Assembly (NCBI GenBank): GCA_008369845.1
Contig: MRSU01005896.1
Location: forward strand, 1-48,594
Source of the DNA: Trichomonas gallinae
Taxonomy: Eukaryota
Direction of reading: 5' to 3'
Length of the DNA: 48,594 nucleotides
This document shows, piece by piece, positions 21,136 to 32,100 of the stretch; the stretch's first letter is position 1, and every line of letters begins with the position of its first letter. A program made the position numbers and the translations under genes. The notes beneath the pieces are model-generated. The model was given only the letters and a program-made list of their open reading frames with translations. It ran no database searches and was not told the DNA's origin.

Positions 21136-23751
21136 TTAGAAGACCTCAGCCATGATGTGCTGTAATGAGCGGCCCTCTCTGACACCCCTGAGGAGGGAGC
21201 CAGAAATCTTCTGGATGTTGAAGCCGGCAGCGTAAACGAGTCTGTTATCCTTGAAGTACATCTTGATGGCGGAGCCTTCCTTATCATCGTGCTGGGAAAC
21301 GACATTGAAGCCAGCAGAGGACTCTGGTGGGTTGCCGCAAGCGAAGAGGTCTGTGCCGCAAGCGATCATGGAGACTGGCTCGACTGTGAACTGGAATGTA
21401 GTCTCATCACCAACGCAGTTAGCACCAGCAACCTTACCCATAGCAAGAGCTGGAGCCCAAAGGCCCTGGTTCATGTTGTCCATGAAGGCGCAGTCACCAG
21501 CAGCGTAGATGTCCTTAACGGATGTTTCCATCTTGTTGTTGACGTTGATACCACGGCCGCACTGGACGCCGGCGGCAGCAGCAACTTCGGATTCGGCACG
21601 GACACCAGCGTTGACGACGATGAAGTCGGCTGGGATGAACTCATCACCGACCTGGCAGCCTGTGACGTGCTTGCCATCGCCCTTGATGGAGACTGTCATG
21701 CCGAGGCGGAGCTCGATGCCGAAGGCCTTGACGTGTTCCTGGAGAACAGAGGAGGCCTCTGGGTCAAGCTGGCGAGCCATGAGTCTTGGCATGCATTCGA
21801 CGACTGTGACGGCGACACCCTTCTGCTTGATGGCAGAAGCGTTCTCGAGACCGAGGACACCACCACCGATAACGACGGCGCGCTTGGCTGTCTTGCAAGC
21901 CTCAGCGAGAGCATCGACATCGGCGGATGTGCGGATAACGATGACGCCGGAGAGTCCCTCGTGACCGATTGGTGGGACGAATGGGCGGGAACCTGTGGCA
22001 AGGATGAGCTTGTCGTATGGGAGTTCCTTGTTGTTGCAGAGCTTGATCTTCTTGGCATCGGACTTGATCTCTGTGACGGATGTGTCGAGCATGATTTCGA
22101 CATTGTTTTCCTTGTACCAGTCAGCATTCTTGAGGAAGTACTTCTCGTCTGGGATTTCCTCGTTGAGCTTGTCAACGATGATAGGCCTGTAGTACGGCAT
22201 CACCTTTTCTCGAGTAATCATCGTGATCTTGGCTGTAGCATTGCGAGCGCGGATGGCCTCGATGGCAGAGACGGCAGCAGCACCAGAGCCAACAACGACG
22301 ATGTTGAGGGCCTCTGTGGACTTGTATGTGATATCCTCAGCCTGGTAGAGCTCGAAGAGATCCTGGCCGACACCGCATGCTGGGCATTGGAGTGGTGGTG
22401 TGACACCGGCGTAGATTTCACCGCAGATGACGCAGCGCCAGAGAACGACAGCGCCGGATGGGTTGAGCTGGGACCAGTCCTTGGCACCAACGACCTTGCC
22501 TGGAACCATGCGCTCTGGGACCTTGCCTGTGAGGAGGGCTTCACCAAATGTCTGGCCGAACTCGTTGACCTTCTCGTGTTCCTTCTTGGACATGCGGAAC
22601 TTGATCTTGCAGCCATCGATGACCTTGCAGCGAATCTGATCGAAACGAGCGATGATGTTGTCAACACCTTCGCCGGACCAGCCGTATGAGCCGAAAGCGG
22701 AGACGACCTTGCCGCCATGGACGATTGGGTTCATGGAGAGGGCAACATCCCAAACTGGTGGGACAGCATCACCGTTGATTGTGTTTGTGCCGAGAAGAAC
22801 ACCATCAGCTGTAGCGATAGCATTCATGATGTCTCCCTTCATGCCGCCATAGTTCTGGATGTTGACGTTGTACATCTTGACCTGGCAGTCTGGGACGCGG
22901 GCGAGGATGCCAGCCTTGATTTCCTCAGCCATTTCTGTTGTGTAGCCGTAGGCGGAGGCGTAAACCATGACGACTTCCTTGCCGTTGTGTGCTGGGAGTG
23001 GAGCAGACCATTTGCGGTATGTGTCGATTGTCTCCTTGATGCGAGCATCGAGGACTGGGCCGTGGCCGAGACCGATGAGCTTGATATCAAGATTCATGAT
23101 CTTGTCTGTGCCCTTGATGACGTACTCCTTGAATGGGCCGAAGATAGCTGTGTAGTAGTAAAGAAGAGCATCCTGGTAGCCGTCTTCCTCCTCTGGTGGG
23201 AGCTGGGACATGAGGATGGACTTCTTTGGAGAGTAGTGAGCGCCGAAGGAGTCGCATGTGAAGAGGGTCTTCTCCTCTGGAACCCATGTGTACATGGAGT
23301 CTGGCCAGTGGAGGAATGGGCAGGAGATGAATTCGAAGGACTTTCCGCCGAACTTGAGGACCTTGAGGTCTTCAGCAGAATGACCCTTGAATGGGATGTT
23401 GACGATATCTTCAAGATATGTGAGGGCTGTCTTAGAGCCAACAACTGTGAGACCTGGGATGAGTTCGATCATCTTCTTGATAGAGCCGGAGTGATCTGGC
23501 TCTGTGTGATTTGTGATGAGGTACTTGATGTTCTGGATGTCGCCGATGACGGACTTGACCTTATCAATGTACTCATCGAAGAATGTCTCTTTAACTGTTT
23601 CGACGAGAACTGCGCCTTCTGGGGTCTTCATCAAGTAAGCGTTGTAGGTTGTACCATACTTAGTCTCCATGACGATATCGAAAACGGCAAGGTTGGAATC
23701 GAGGACACCAAGCCAGTAGATATCTTCAGTAAGCTGCTGGATTTTGAGCAT
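21136..23751 (-). CDS. Class F flavodiiron protein: metallo-beta-lactamase diiron + flavodoxin + rubredoxin + NAD(P)H:rubredoxin oxidoreductase fusion (871 aa)
   Basis: Diiron ligands NHTEPDH, LHWPD, TCDSFG, GHGP; flavodoxin YASAYGYT and AFGSYGWSGEG; rubredoxin WRCVICG...CPACG; reductase VVGSGAAA, IGGGVLGLE, YAAGDCA. ATG 23751 follows tandem TCACT initiators. Confidence 0.95.
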   Translation of the reverse strand: MLKIQQLTEDIYWLGVLDSNLAVFDIVMETKYGTTYNAYLMKTPEGAVLVETVKETFFDEYIDKVKSVIGDIQNIKYLITNHTEPDHSGSIKKMIELIPGLTVVGSKTALTYLEDIVNIPFKGHSAEDLKVLKFGGKSFEFISCPFLHWPDSMYTWVPEEKTLFTCDSFGAHYSPKKSILMSQLPPEEEDGYQDALLYYYTAIFGPFKEYVIKGTDKIMNLDIKLIGLGHGPVLDARIKETIDTYRKWSAPLPAHNGKEVVMVYASAYGYTTEMAEEIKAGILARVPDCQVKMYNVNIQNYGGMKGDIMNAIATADGVLLGTNTINGDAVPPVWDVALSMNPIVHGGKVVSAFGSYGWSGEGVDNIIARFDQIRCKVIDGCKIKFRMSKKEHEKVNEFGQTFGEALLTGKVPERMVPGKVVGAKDWSQLNPSGAVVLWRCVICGEIYAGVTPPLQCPACGVGQDLFELYQAEDITYKSTEALNIVVVGSGAAAVSAIEAIRARNATAKITMITREKVMPYYRPIIVDKLNEEIPDEKYFLKNADWYKENNVEIMLDTSVTEIKSDAKKIKLCNNKELPYDKLILATGSRPFVPPIGHEGLSGVIVIRTSADVDALAEACKTAKRAVVIGGGVLGLENASAIKQKGVAVTVVECMPRLMARQLDPEASSVLQEHVKAFGIELRLGMTVSIKGDGKHVTGCQVGDEFIPADFIVVNAGVRAESEVAAAAGVQCGRGINVNNKMETSVKDIYAAGDCAFMDNMNQGLWAPALAMGKVAGANCVGDETTFQFTVEPVSMIACGTDLFACGNPPESSAGFNVVSQHDDKEGSAIKMYFKDNRLVYAAGFNIQKISGSLLRGVREGRSLQHIMAEVF

Positions 23752-26313
23752 GTTAGTAAAAGTGAAGTGAATACAGCGTTCCGAGAAATATCGATATTCT
23801 CTCAAAAAGTGAGATGTTTGAATGAAGTCATAGAAAAATATTCATTGTTTGAGAGAAATGAAGATTGCAATCGTTTTCGAAACCTATCAAAAATGTTTGA
23901 TTGACTTTTAGTCATTGATAAAAATTATGAAATATTTTAAGTTGGTCGCGTAAAAAAATATCATAAAAGTGTGGTCATAATCATTTTCAGTTTTAGTTGT
24001 ATCATCACACTTGACTATTATTTATAAGACTACATTTGGTTTTTATTTCGCATTATGTTTTTAATGAAAATATTTGACATTCCTTGATCAAACATGTTGT
24101 AGACTCATTGGTGATTATATGGGAAAACGATAAATAAACAGATTTGAAAAACTATCGATTTTGTGTCAATTTTGTCAACTTTCATTGAAAACGACCATTT
24201 CGCAAATAATGGTTAAAATCAGAAATAGAACAAAATGAAGGATAATATTACGAGACAATTATCAATCCTTTGAATTTTGATAATATTTCTGATTTTGATT
24301 TTGTTTAAATAAAGGAGATAAAATTATTTTTATTTTCAATGATATCCTATTTTTTATTTGAAAATCTAAAAGTGACATTATTTTGACGCGTATTAAAAGT
24401 GTTCCTTTAAACGCTGTTATTAGAGTTCGAGTGGTGTTATTAGTATATAAATAAGCTGTTTAGAAAGCCCATCGCTTTAAAATATCAAAAATCCCTAATA
24501 TATTTTATATTTTGTCAAAAATCAATGCATTTTGTAGGTCTAAGACGATTTGAATCGATTAACTTATTAAAGTTTAAGACTCCTACAGAATTAAAAAGAA
24601 AATTAGCCTATAATTAGATTCGAATTAATTAATATCTCCGAAATTTAAAGCGAAGAGACATCAAACTATTAACAGTATCTTGTTATCCACAAAACACCCA
24701 ATAAAAATCAAAATTTAACCTTCAAGAATTATTCAAGTGTTGTAGAGCCTATTATCAGCGACCAATACTACCAATTTCGCTCCACCCAAGGCTGATGATT
24801 ATACCCCGTGATTCCCTTATCTAAGCGATTCAAAAGGTTTTTTAATCGTTTTCTCCTTTTGAGTACATATTGTTAATTCGCCAACAGCGATTGAAATACT
24901 TATTGAGCTCCCCGCATAGATGTTGTTTTCGTAGTAGGAAATACATACATCACTTGACCAAAATACCCAATTCCTTGTGGTTGAGAACCAGCCAGCAAGA
25001 CCTTTATAAAATGCTTTACTTTTGTCTAATGTTAATAAATTATATATAAAAATAAAAGGTTTTCGATCCACATTTTTATGATAAATTTATGAATTTTATC
25101 TTAGAGATCAACAACTACGAATTTCATTATTATGCTAGAAATGCTATTAAACAATGAAATACTTGGACACCCTCTATCTTTTGGAGAATTTTCCATTCGC
25201 GTGGTTGAATTGATCGTAACCTATCTATGTATTTCCATGAAGAAATAAGATATATATGAGTGTGCCTGGCAAATAGATCGATATAATATGGAAAATTTTA
25301 TTCGATACAAATATTAAGACTTAGAAATGGATCTTATAAAATTTTCTTCAATACAAACTGCATAGTAGATCAATTGCATGAGATTTCGCTCAGTTTTCAT
25401 ATAATGATTTACTTGGATGAAAAATTTCATTTACCCTCTTACCTATGCATTTAATTGTGGCAATATCAGTAAGTAATAGTTACAGTTGTTCTCTTTTATG
25501 ATATAAAGCTCATCAAAGCTTTATAATCATGAAAACTTCGATTAATAGTAGAAGAAGATCGTGTGAGCATGGGTGTTCTCCATCATCGAAGGAATCCTTA
25601 AACCAAGATCAGCACAACAATTAATGCAAGTTCCTGCTCAGTTTGCTATTCCACGTGGAAAATTTTGTCTAATTTAGTTTTGACACTCTGTGAAGAAGTT
25701 ACAGCTAATTCCTTTGTTCTAATGTTGATCTGATAAGTGTTGCCTGTGGTTGCAGATGTTCTCTGTCTGAATACTCATGAAGATGAGTTATGAAATTTCT
25801 CATTAAAGCAATATACGCTCCCATTCATTCCTTGGCGAGAATTGATTCTTTATTGTCAGAAAATGCGTGAAAGAATATTATGAATATAAATGAAATTGAT
25901 TTGATAATAATTTTATCGGTATATATGATAATAGAATCAATATATGTAATAAGTTTGATGTGTGCATTATACTAGATAATGCACATTGAATATCTTTATA
26001 TTTTATTAAATCTCAGAATGAAAAATTGTTGTCTATCTGACTTGAAAACATAATTGGTATTTTATATAGTTCGTATTGTTTCGATATTTAAGTGAAATAT
26101 TCAGTAATATCGTGAAACTTGTTGAAATTTGATTTCTATTTTCTTATTCGTGAAGCATTATGAAGATTTTGTAAGAGGGAAGGGAGAAATTAACTGAAGG
26201 AAATGAAATGAATGTATATTTTTGAATCAAATGGTTATACTGATAGGATAAAATTGGTGCAAATGATATATTTTGACATATAAAATAATTACGTGACAAA
26301 TAATATATTAAAA

Positions 26314-27363
26314 ATGTCTACAGCACTAAGTAATTTAGAAAGTCAAGAAGCAGCCTTGATAAATCAGATTGCTGCAATTGAGAAACAGTTATCTAAAGCT
26401 GTAGAAATAAATAATCAGCTCGAGGCTTCCGCTCTTCTTCAGACTTATATGTATTACAAACAAGAGAGACCAAAGAAGCTACAGTCTGTTCTTCAGGAAA
26501 TGGAGAAAATTTTGTATAAAAATGAGGAAGAATTAGCTGTCGAAACCCAACAGTTAAATGAACAATCTCAAAATTTAGAAAGCGAGGCTCAGGAAATTTT
26601 TTCAGAATGCGAAGATAAAAGGCAGCAACTTGCTTTAATACTGAAGCAGATCAGCACAATGCGTGAATTTCCAAAATCAGCGGAAAATATTCCTCCATCT
26701 TTTGATAAAATGTGCTCTCAGCAAGTTGAACAGTTAGCGAGGCAGTTTGCATCAATGGTTGATGATGTTGACCAGCAAGATCTTGTAATGCTTTTGGCAA
26801 GAGGTAAATCAGATTTTGATATCGATCAAATCATCGAAAAAGCAAGAACACTTGGACAAATCCGCTATCAGGTTAAATGCATGACGCTCGTTATACAAGT
26901 TTTGGAAAAAGCAAATGAAACTCTACGAAAAATGGATTATGAAAACTTTCCAAATATTGCAAACGGTTCTCATGAACTTTCTCAAGTATTGGATAGAATT
27001 TCCAACGAATTGTCAAGCATTACACAAGATGAAGAAGCACAGCCCGAATTACCAAATGTTGATGCAAAGATGGAGCAAATTTCTTCATTGCAAAACGAGC
27101 TTCATGTCCTAAGACAGAGATTACAGAATTCCCTTTCTTCAGATGCAACTTTCCCAATGCCACCAGAAATTTCGAACTCAGAAATGGAAAAAGAGGCCAT
27201 GAAAGAATGCATAAATGCCCTCAAGCAATCAACACAGTCGTTTATTGAGTATTTGAACAAAATCGATAGCGAAAATATTGTTGACTCAAGAATTGCAACG
27301 GAAGAAGAAGTCCGTAACATACTTAAGAGATACGAAGAGTTGAAACAACTTAACGTGAATTGA
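26314..27363 (+). CDS. Hypothetical coiled-coil protein (349 aa from first ATG)
   Basis: Long Q/E/L-rich heptad ORF. The track start is GTG 26293; first ATG is 26314. Confidence 0.75.
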   Translation: MSTALSNLESQEAALINQIAAIEKQLSKAVEINNQLEASALLQTYMYYKQERPKKLQSVLQEMEKILYKNEEELAVETQQLNEQSQNLESEAQEIFSECEDKRQQLALILKQISTMREFPKSAENIPPSFDKMCSQQVEQLARQFASMVDDVDQQDLVMLLARGKSDFDIDQIIEKARTLGQIRYQVKCMTLVIQVLEKANETLRKMDYENFPNIANGSHELSQVLDRISNELSSITQDEEAQPELPNVDAKMEQISSLQNELHVLRQRLQNSLSSDATFPMPPEISNSEMEKEAMKECINALKQSTQSFIEYLNKIDSENIVDSRIATEEEVRNILKRYEELKQLNVN

Positions 27364-27639
27364 TTTTTATAATATATAATTTTGTATGTTTTTTTATACG
27401 AATAAAATAGAATTTATAGATTAATTTTGTCATATTTCGTTTGAAAGCTTACAAAAAAACCATTGACATGTGGTTATGAAATTTTTTTCGATACAAAATC
27501 ATTAAATCAACATTGCAGCTAACCTTCAATTCGTTATTCTAGAAGATTTATTATGTTAAATTTCAACAAAATCAATTTTTAAAAAATATTAAATTTGATA
27601 AAAATAAAGTGATTAGTTAATAATATAAATTAAAAGATT

Positions 27640-28548
27640 CTATTTATTTGCCTCTTCGGCAGCAGCTTCGGAAACTGTTCTGATCTTGATTTCTCTCTTC
27701 GGGATTCCTGCCTCTTCCTTTGCTTCTTCCATGGCCTTCTCTATATTCCTATTTGCTTTCTTCCTGTTTTTATCCTTATCTTTCTTCTTTAAGAAGTATT
27801 CACCGGTTTCGATCTCTTTATCGATCTGTGTATCTTGTGGGTAGTCAGGGAGTCCTCTATTTCTCTCATTATGGACTACCTTTTGCTTCTTTGTGTGCTT
27901 CGTTGCCTTCTGGATCTTTGGAAGGTATTTATCCCAATCTTCATGGGCCATTGCTGGATTTTTCATAAGATCTCGCTTGATCATCAATCTCTTGATGTGA
28001 TAAACAGGGTGAATGTTGTTCATGCAGTCAACAACGACTTTTGATGCATCATTGATACCTTGAATTCCGCCAATGATTGCAACTGTGTGTCCTTGAACTA
28101 AAATGTAGCACTGTGTAAGTAGTTCAAGAGCTTTAAGTGTGCTGCCACCTGGACCGAGCAGTCTTTGGCGACGTTTGTTGAATCTTTCTTGATTACGAAT
28201 ATGCTTACCAATAATGATGATATTTGAGTCTACACCATCATCGAAGACCTTGAAAGCGTGCTCAATTGGAACAGAACGAGCAACTAATTTCATTGCATCG
28301 CGAGCATTGAGAATTGCGCATGGATCCCATGTTTTGTCTGTAGTTTTGAGTGTGATAGAGCCACCTTTGTAGTCAACATCGACATTGATGCCGAATCCAT
28401 CCATTTTTTCTTGAATCTTTTTCCAATTGTCTGTCAAATAGCGCTCACGATAGTGTGGGAATAATACTTTAAATGAAGACTCCTCCTGGAGCTTGTATTT
28501 CATGTCACCTTTCTGGAATGGACGTGACCAGTCGATTTCTTCACTCAT
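27640..28548 (-). CDS. KRR1: KRR1 small-subunit processome component (KH domain)
   Basis: EESSFKVLFPHYRERYL, ARDAMKLVARSVP, RFNKRRQRLLGPGGSTLKALELLT, NNIHPVYHIKRLMIKR, IDKEIETGEYFL. Confidence 0.97.
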   Translation of the reverse strand: MSEEIDWSRPFQKGDMKYKLQEESSFKVLFPHYRERYLTDNWKKIQEKMDGFGINVDVDYKGGSITLKTTDKTWDPCAILNARDAMKLVARSVPIEHAFKVFDDGVDSNIIIIGKHIRNQERFNKRRQRLLGPGGSTLKALELLTQCYILVQGHTVAIIGGIQGINDASKVVVDCMNNIHPVYHIKRLMIKRDLMKNPAMAHEDWDKYLPKIQKATKHTKKQKVVHNERNRGLPDYPQDTQIDKEIETGEYFLKKKDKDKNRKKANRNIEKAMEEAKEEAGIPKREIKIRTVSEAAAEEANK

Positions 28549-29367
28549 GAATATTGTTTGTGTTTTTCTATGGTTCTTGAAATTTTGCTCTCAACTTTAC
28601 AAAGCAGAAATTAATTTTACATGGCATTTTACTTTCAATTTGATATTTTACAAATCAAAAATAAAAATTACGTGTCAAATATGAACTAAAATGAAGCATA
28701 TATGTTTGTAACTTTCTCACAAATGCCAATAGACTTGATGTCGCATGTAACAACAAAGATCTGGATCTCTCAGTACGGAAGGAACGAAATATGCTTATTC
28801 TGTAAGATTACTTGAGGTTGATTCAGCCGAAGAAAAGCTGGCTTATTCTAAAATAACGTCTAGAGGACGATAAACGACACAGTATCTACAACCATGTAGT
28901 GGACATTCCACATCCTACCAGAAATGATACTTATACCAAGATCTTCGAAATTTGGTATAACACTCGATGCTTGCAGATCAATTAACTATTTCACACAGTT
29001 GACATTTGATTCAGAAAAAGCCGTTGCAGGTATTAATTAGATCGAAAATGATTTAGAATTATATCCATCAACAGTCATGGTTTTATTTACTGTATTTGCT
29101 GGATATTGGATGAACACAGAAGCAGATTCGGGACTGCCAGACATTTTTTGAATCTGAGACATTCGAAAAAAGCGTTTTTTTGTATTTTGAATGTGTTATG
29201 GATTTTTAGTGCTATTATTAATGATTTAAACTGCAAATCAGTCTTATATATAAACAATAGCTTGATTTAACAAATCTTTGTGAAGTATTGTGTAAATTGC
29301 ATTTTTATGGTTATTGTTATATATAGATAGGAGTTGTGATTCATAATACAATGAAGTTAAGCAAGAT

Positions 29368-29499
29368 TCAACATTTTGCATGAAAATCGGTAAGCTTTAA
29401 ACACTCAGACAACTGGTCCTGGTCGAGGACTTCGATGAGTGTGTCGATTTTGATCATGTATGGGATAGACTGGGCACTGCCAACTGGGTCAAACTCCAT
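29368..29499 (-). CDS. Candidate micro-ORF, 43 aa, unknown function
   Basis: MEFDPVGSAQSIPYMIKIDTLIEVLDQDQLSECLKLTDFHAKC*. The first ~30 codons use the preferred codons of highly expressed genes in this window (GAC, CCA, ATC, CTC, GTC, CAG, ACA). Confidence 0.5.
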   Translation of the reverse strand: MEFDPVGSAQSIPYMIKIDTLIEVLDQDQLSECLKLTDFHAKC

Positions 29500-29775
29500 T
29501 AAACGGATTTTGAAAAAATAAAAAAATGTTGGAAAAAAATTTTCGCTTTCTCATTTCTCGTTTTAGCGGCTAAAATTGTTGAATTTATATTGACATATTA
29601 CTATACAGCTATATGAGACCTACAAAACCATTAAAACATATTATTTTCTTTTCTTGTGTGTTATCTTAGTGGCTGGTGAGTGTTAGATTATGGTGGCACT
29701 GAGAAAAACACTTATATTTGATATAACCTTAATTTTTGATGCTAAAATCTTAGTAAAAGTGACAGATTTAGGTCG

Positions 29776-30732
29776 ATGGAAACACATTCTAAAAAAGCCT
29801 GGGAATGGTGGAATAAATTCGGACACAATCCGATCTGCCTAGCTCCTATGGCCGAAATAAGCGACCTGTCGTGGAGAATACTTATGAGAAACCACGGCGT
29901 GAACGTTTGTTGGACAGGAATGCTAAATGCCCATCAATGGTCACAAGGAGGTGGTTACCAGAACAAGTTCTTCAATACCTGCAAAGAAGACCATCCATTA
30001 ATAGCCCAAATCGCAGGATCAAATGCTGACCAAGATTTAATTGTCGCTGCAGCCAAAGATTTAGCGAAATATGCCGATGGCATCGATGTTAACTTGGGCT
30101 GTACTCAGAAAATCGCAAGTCGTAGTGAATATGGATATTTCTCAGTTGATACTTGCCAAAAACGCGAGAAAACACTAGAATTATTCAAGAGATTACATAA
30201 GGAAGTTAACTGCCCTATTTGTGCCAAGATAAGAATTTTCATTGATGATAATGGCGAAGCTAGCGAAAAAATTACGATTGATTTCGCTAAAAAACTTGAA
30301 GAAGCTGGTGTTTCACTCATTCAAGTCCATGGAAGAGCTGAGCACAGAAACAAACAAGCAGATGTTTATAATGAAATTATTAAGCATATTGTTCAAGCTG
30401 TTAACATCCCAATCGTTGCTAACGGTGGAATACATACTGTTGAAGAAGCCCGTCAATTCATGGAAGAAACAGGAGCTGCAGGCGTTTCTGTGGCTCAAGC
30501 ACTTCTCAAAGATCCAACATGCTTTGATCCAAAGGGAAAGCTTTCAAGGAAAGAATACGCTCTTGAGTACTTGAACTTAAGTAAGGAGAAGGGCGTCAGA
30601 CTCTTTGGTCCTAAAAAACATATTTTCATTTTCTACGAAAATGAAATGAGAGAAGACAAATCAATTGCAAAACAGATCGAACAGTGCACATCCGTTGATA
30701 TGCTGATTGATTTTGTCAATGCTCATCCTTGA
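29776..30732 (+). CDS. tRNA-dihydrouridine synthase family protein (Dus1-like)
   Basis: LAPMAEISDLSWR, PLIAQIAG, DGIDVNLGC (catalytic Cys), AKIRI, QVHGR, IPIVANGGI. AAAGTGAC box at 29756-29763. Confidence 0.93.
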   Translation: METHSKKAWEWWNKFGHNPICLAPMAEISDLSWRILMRNHGVNVCWTGMLNAHQWSQGGGYQNKFFNTCKEDHPLIAQIAGSNADQDLIVAAAKDLAKYADGIDVNLGCTQKIASRSEYGYFSVDTCQKREKTLELFKRLHKEVNCPICAKIRIFIDDNGEASEKITIDFAKKLEEAGVSLIQVHGRAEHRNKQADVYNEIIKHIVQAVNIPIVANGGIHTVEEARQFMEETGAAGVSVAQALLKDPTCFDPKGKLSRKEYALEYLNLSKEKGVRLFGPKKHIFIFYENEMREDKSIAKQIEQCTSVDMLIDFVNAHP

Positions 30733-31107
30733 AAATATTTCTTTCATTGCCAATTCTCTTCAAATTTAACTATACCAACTTTCTACAATACAATTTTCTC
30801 AACAAGTAATTTGTTTGTTCAATTATTATCATTCCAAAAAAATTATTTATTGTCAATAACAAAAATATATGTATTTCTATAACAGAAAATCCGACAATAT
30901 ACCAACTGTTCTATTTAAAGTTTTCAATTCTAAATATGATTAAAAATTCTAAATTACAGCCATTTTCTAGTACAAACTTTTAGTATTTTTGCATATAAAG
31001 TTATTCTATAGCATTCTGCCGCAATCCATGAATAATTTAATATAAAAAAACATAATATTTAACTAACATACAAAGAAGAAGTGAGAATTAAGTTAATATA
31101 CAAGAGA

Positions 31108-32100
31108 TTATTCAGGTATATCAATATCTATTTGAAATTCCGAACTTTTTTCTGGACTGATCTCTGTAACAGATTGACCGCTCTGAATGTTTGTAATAGA
31201 ATCAAACTCTGTAGTTCCTTTGGTCCATATATCGAAGAACTTATTAGAAACAAAAATAGGAACAAGAGAACCAACTAAAACAGTTGGAATTATGTATAAC
31301 AGTGCTGGTTGACCAGAATTCATTATTCTGCATACAATGTTGGCTAAAATGATGCCAACTACATATCCAATTGTGCCGAATTTAAACGAAGAAGTTTTTG
31401 CGCAATAATCATATCTAATAAAGAAGTTCAAAATTATGCCTGGTAACACGATATCTCCAAGCCCGAGCATCCTCTTGCTATCTGATGTAGCAGAAGAGAT
31501 CAAAATTGGTAAATTTGATGCAGATTTTGCGGTTTCAACCATTACACTCTTTTTGAAGAATTTGTGTGAAAAGAAAACCCAATACACATCGTGTAGTAAA
31601 AAGCAAATACTGAATAAAAGAATTATTTGAAGACTAGTGATTTTGATTCTTGTGATAGCGAAAATAGCCATTGATAATGCAACTGTATTTGTAGCAATAC
31701 TGTTTCCTGTATAAACCCAATTGATTGTGTTAATTGAAGTTAAAACGACGCAAATTATAGGTGTTAGTTGTGATTTGTAGACGTAATTTACTAGATCCCA
31801 GAGAATGGTATAAAATGCAAAGAAACTCAATATAATATATAAACATTTCAGAATCAGTAAAACATATTGTTTGAAGTAGAATATCAAAAGAAGGGCGACT
31901 GATGATAGAATGAGCATTATAAATGTTTGATTTGCTGTAATTTCTTGTTGGTCTTCTTTATCTGATGGAGATATATGACTATTGAACAGAGAGCCTGGGA
32001 ATATGGCGCCAATAGTCATCCCACATGCATATACAACGGCTGCGCACGACTGCAGAAGGATGGAAATAAATGCTTTATCAATGAAAGAGAAAATTTCCAT
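31108..32100 (-). CDS. Signal peptide peptidase-like GxGD intramembrane aspartyl protease (family A22B)
   Basis: Multiple TM helices with LLHDVYWVF (YD-equivalent), MLGLGDIVLPG and GQPALLYI. Confidence 0.93.
   Translation of the reverse strand: MEIFSFIDKAFISILLQSCAAVVYACGMTIGAIFPGSLFNSHISPSDKEDQQEITANQTFIMLILSSVALLLIFYFKQYVLLILKCLYIILSFFAFYTILWDLVNYVYKSQLTPIICVVLTSINTINWVYTGNSIATNTVALSMAIFAITRIKITSLQIILLFSICFLLHDVYWVFFSHKFFKKSVMVETAKSASNLPILISSATSDSKRMLGLGDIVLPGIILNFFIRYDYCAKTSSFKFGTIGYVVGIILANIVCRIMNSGQPALLYIIPTVLVGSLVPIFVSNKFFDIWTKGTTEFDSITNIQSGQSVTEISPEKSSEFQIDIDIPE

Noticed and set aside
23752..23757. ACTAAC branch-point-like motif directly before the FDP ATG, and ACTAACATACAAAG at ~31062
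   Set aside because: Neither forms the trichomonad ACTAACACACAG 3' splice unit or has a matching GTATGT donor. No intron is needed to explain any ORF.
21289..23904. Long antisense ORFs (466 and 395 aa) opposite the flavodiiron gene
   Set aside because: Codon-aligned antisense frames stay open because the sense gene avoids TTA/CTA/TCA codons. The translations have no motifs.
29240..29370. Possible antizyme-like +1 frameshift after the 43-aa ORF
   Set aside because: The stop context is TGT-TGA, and the +1 frame is only ~40 AT-rich codons with no antizyme similarity.
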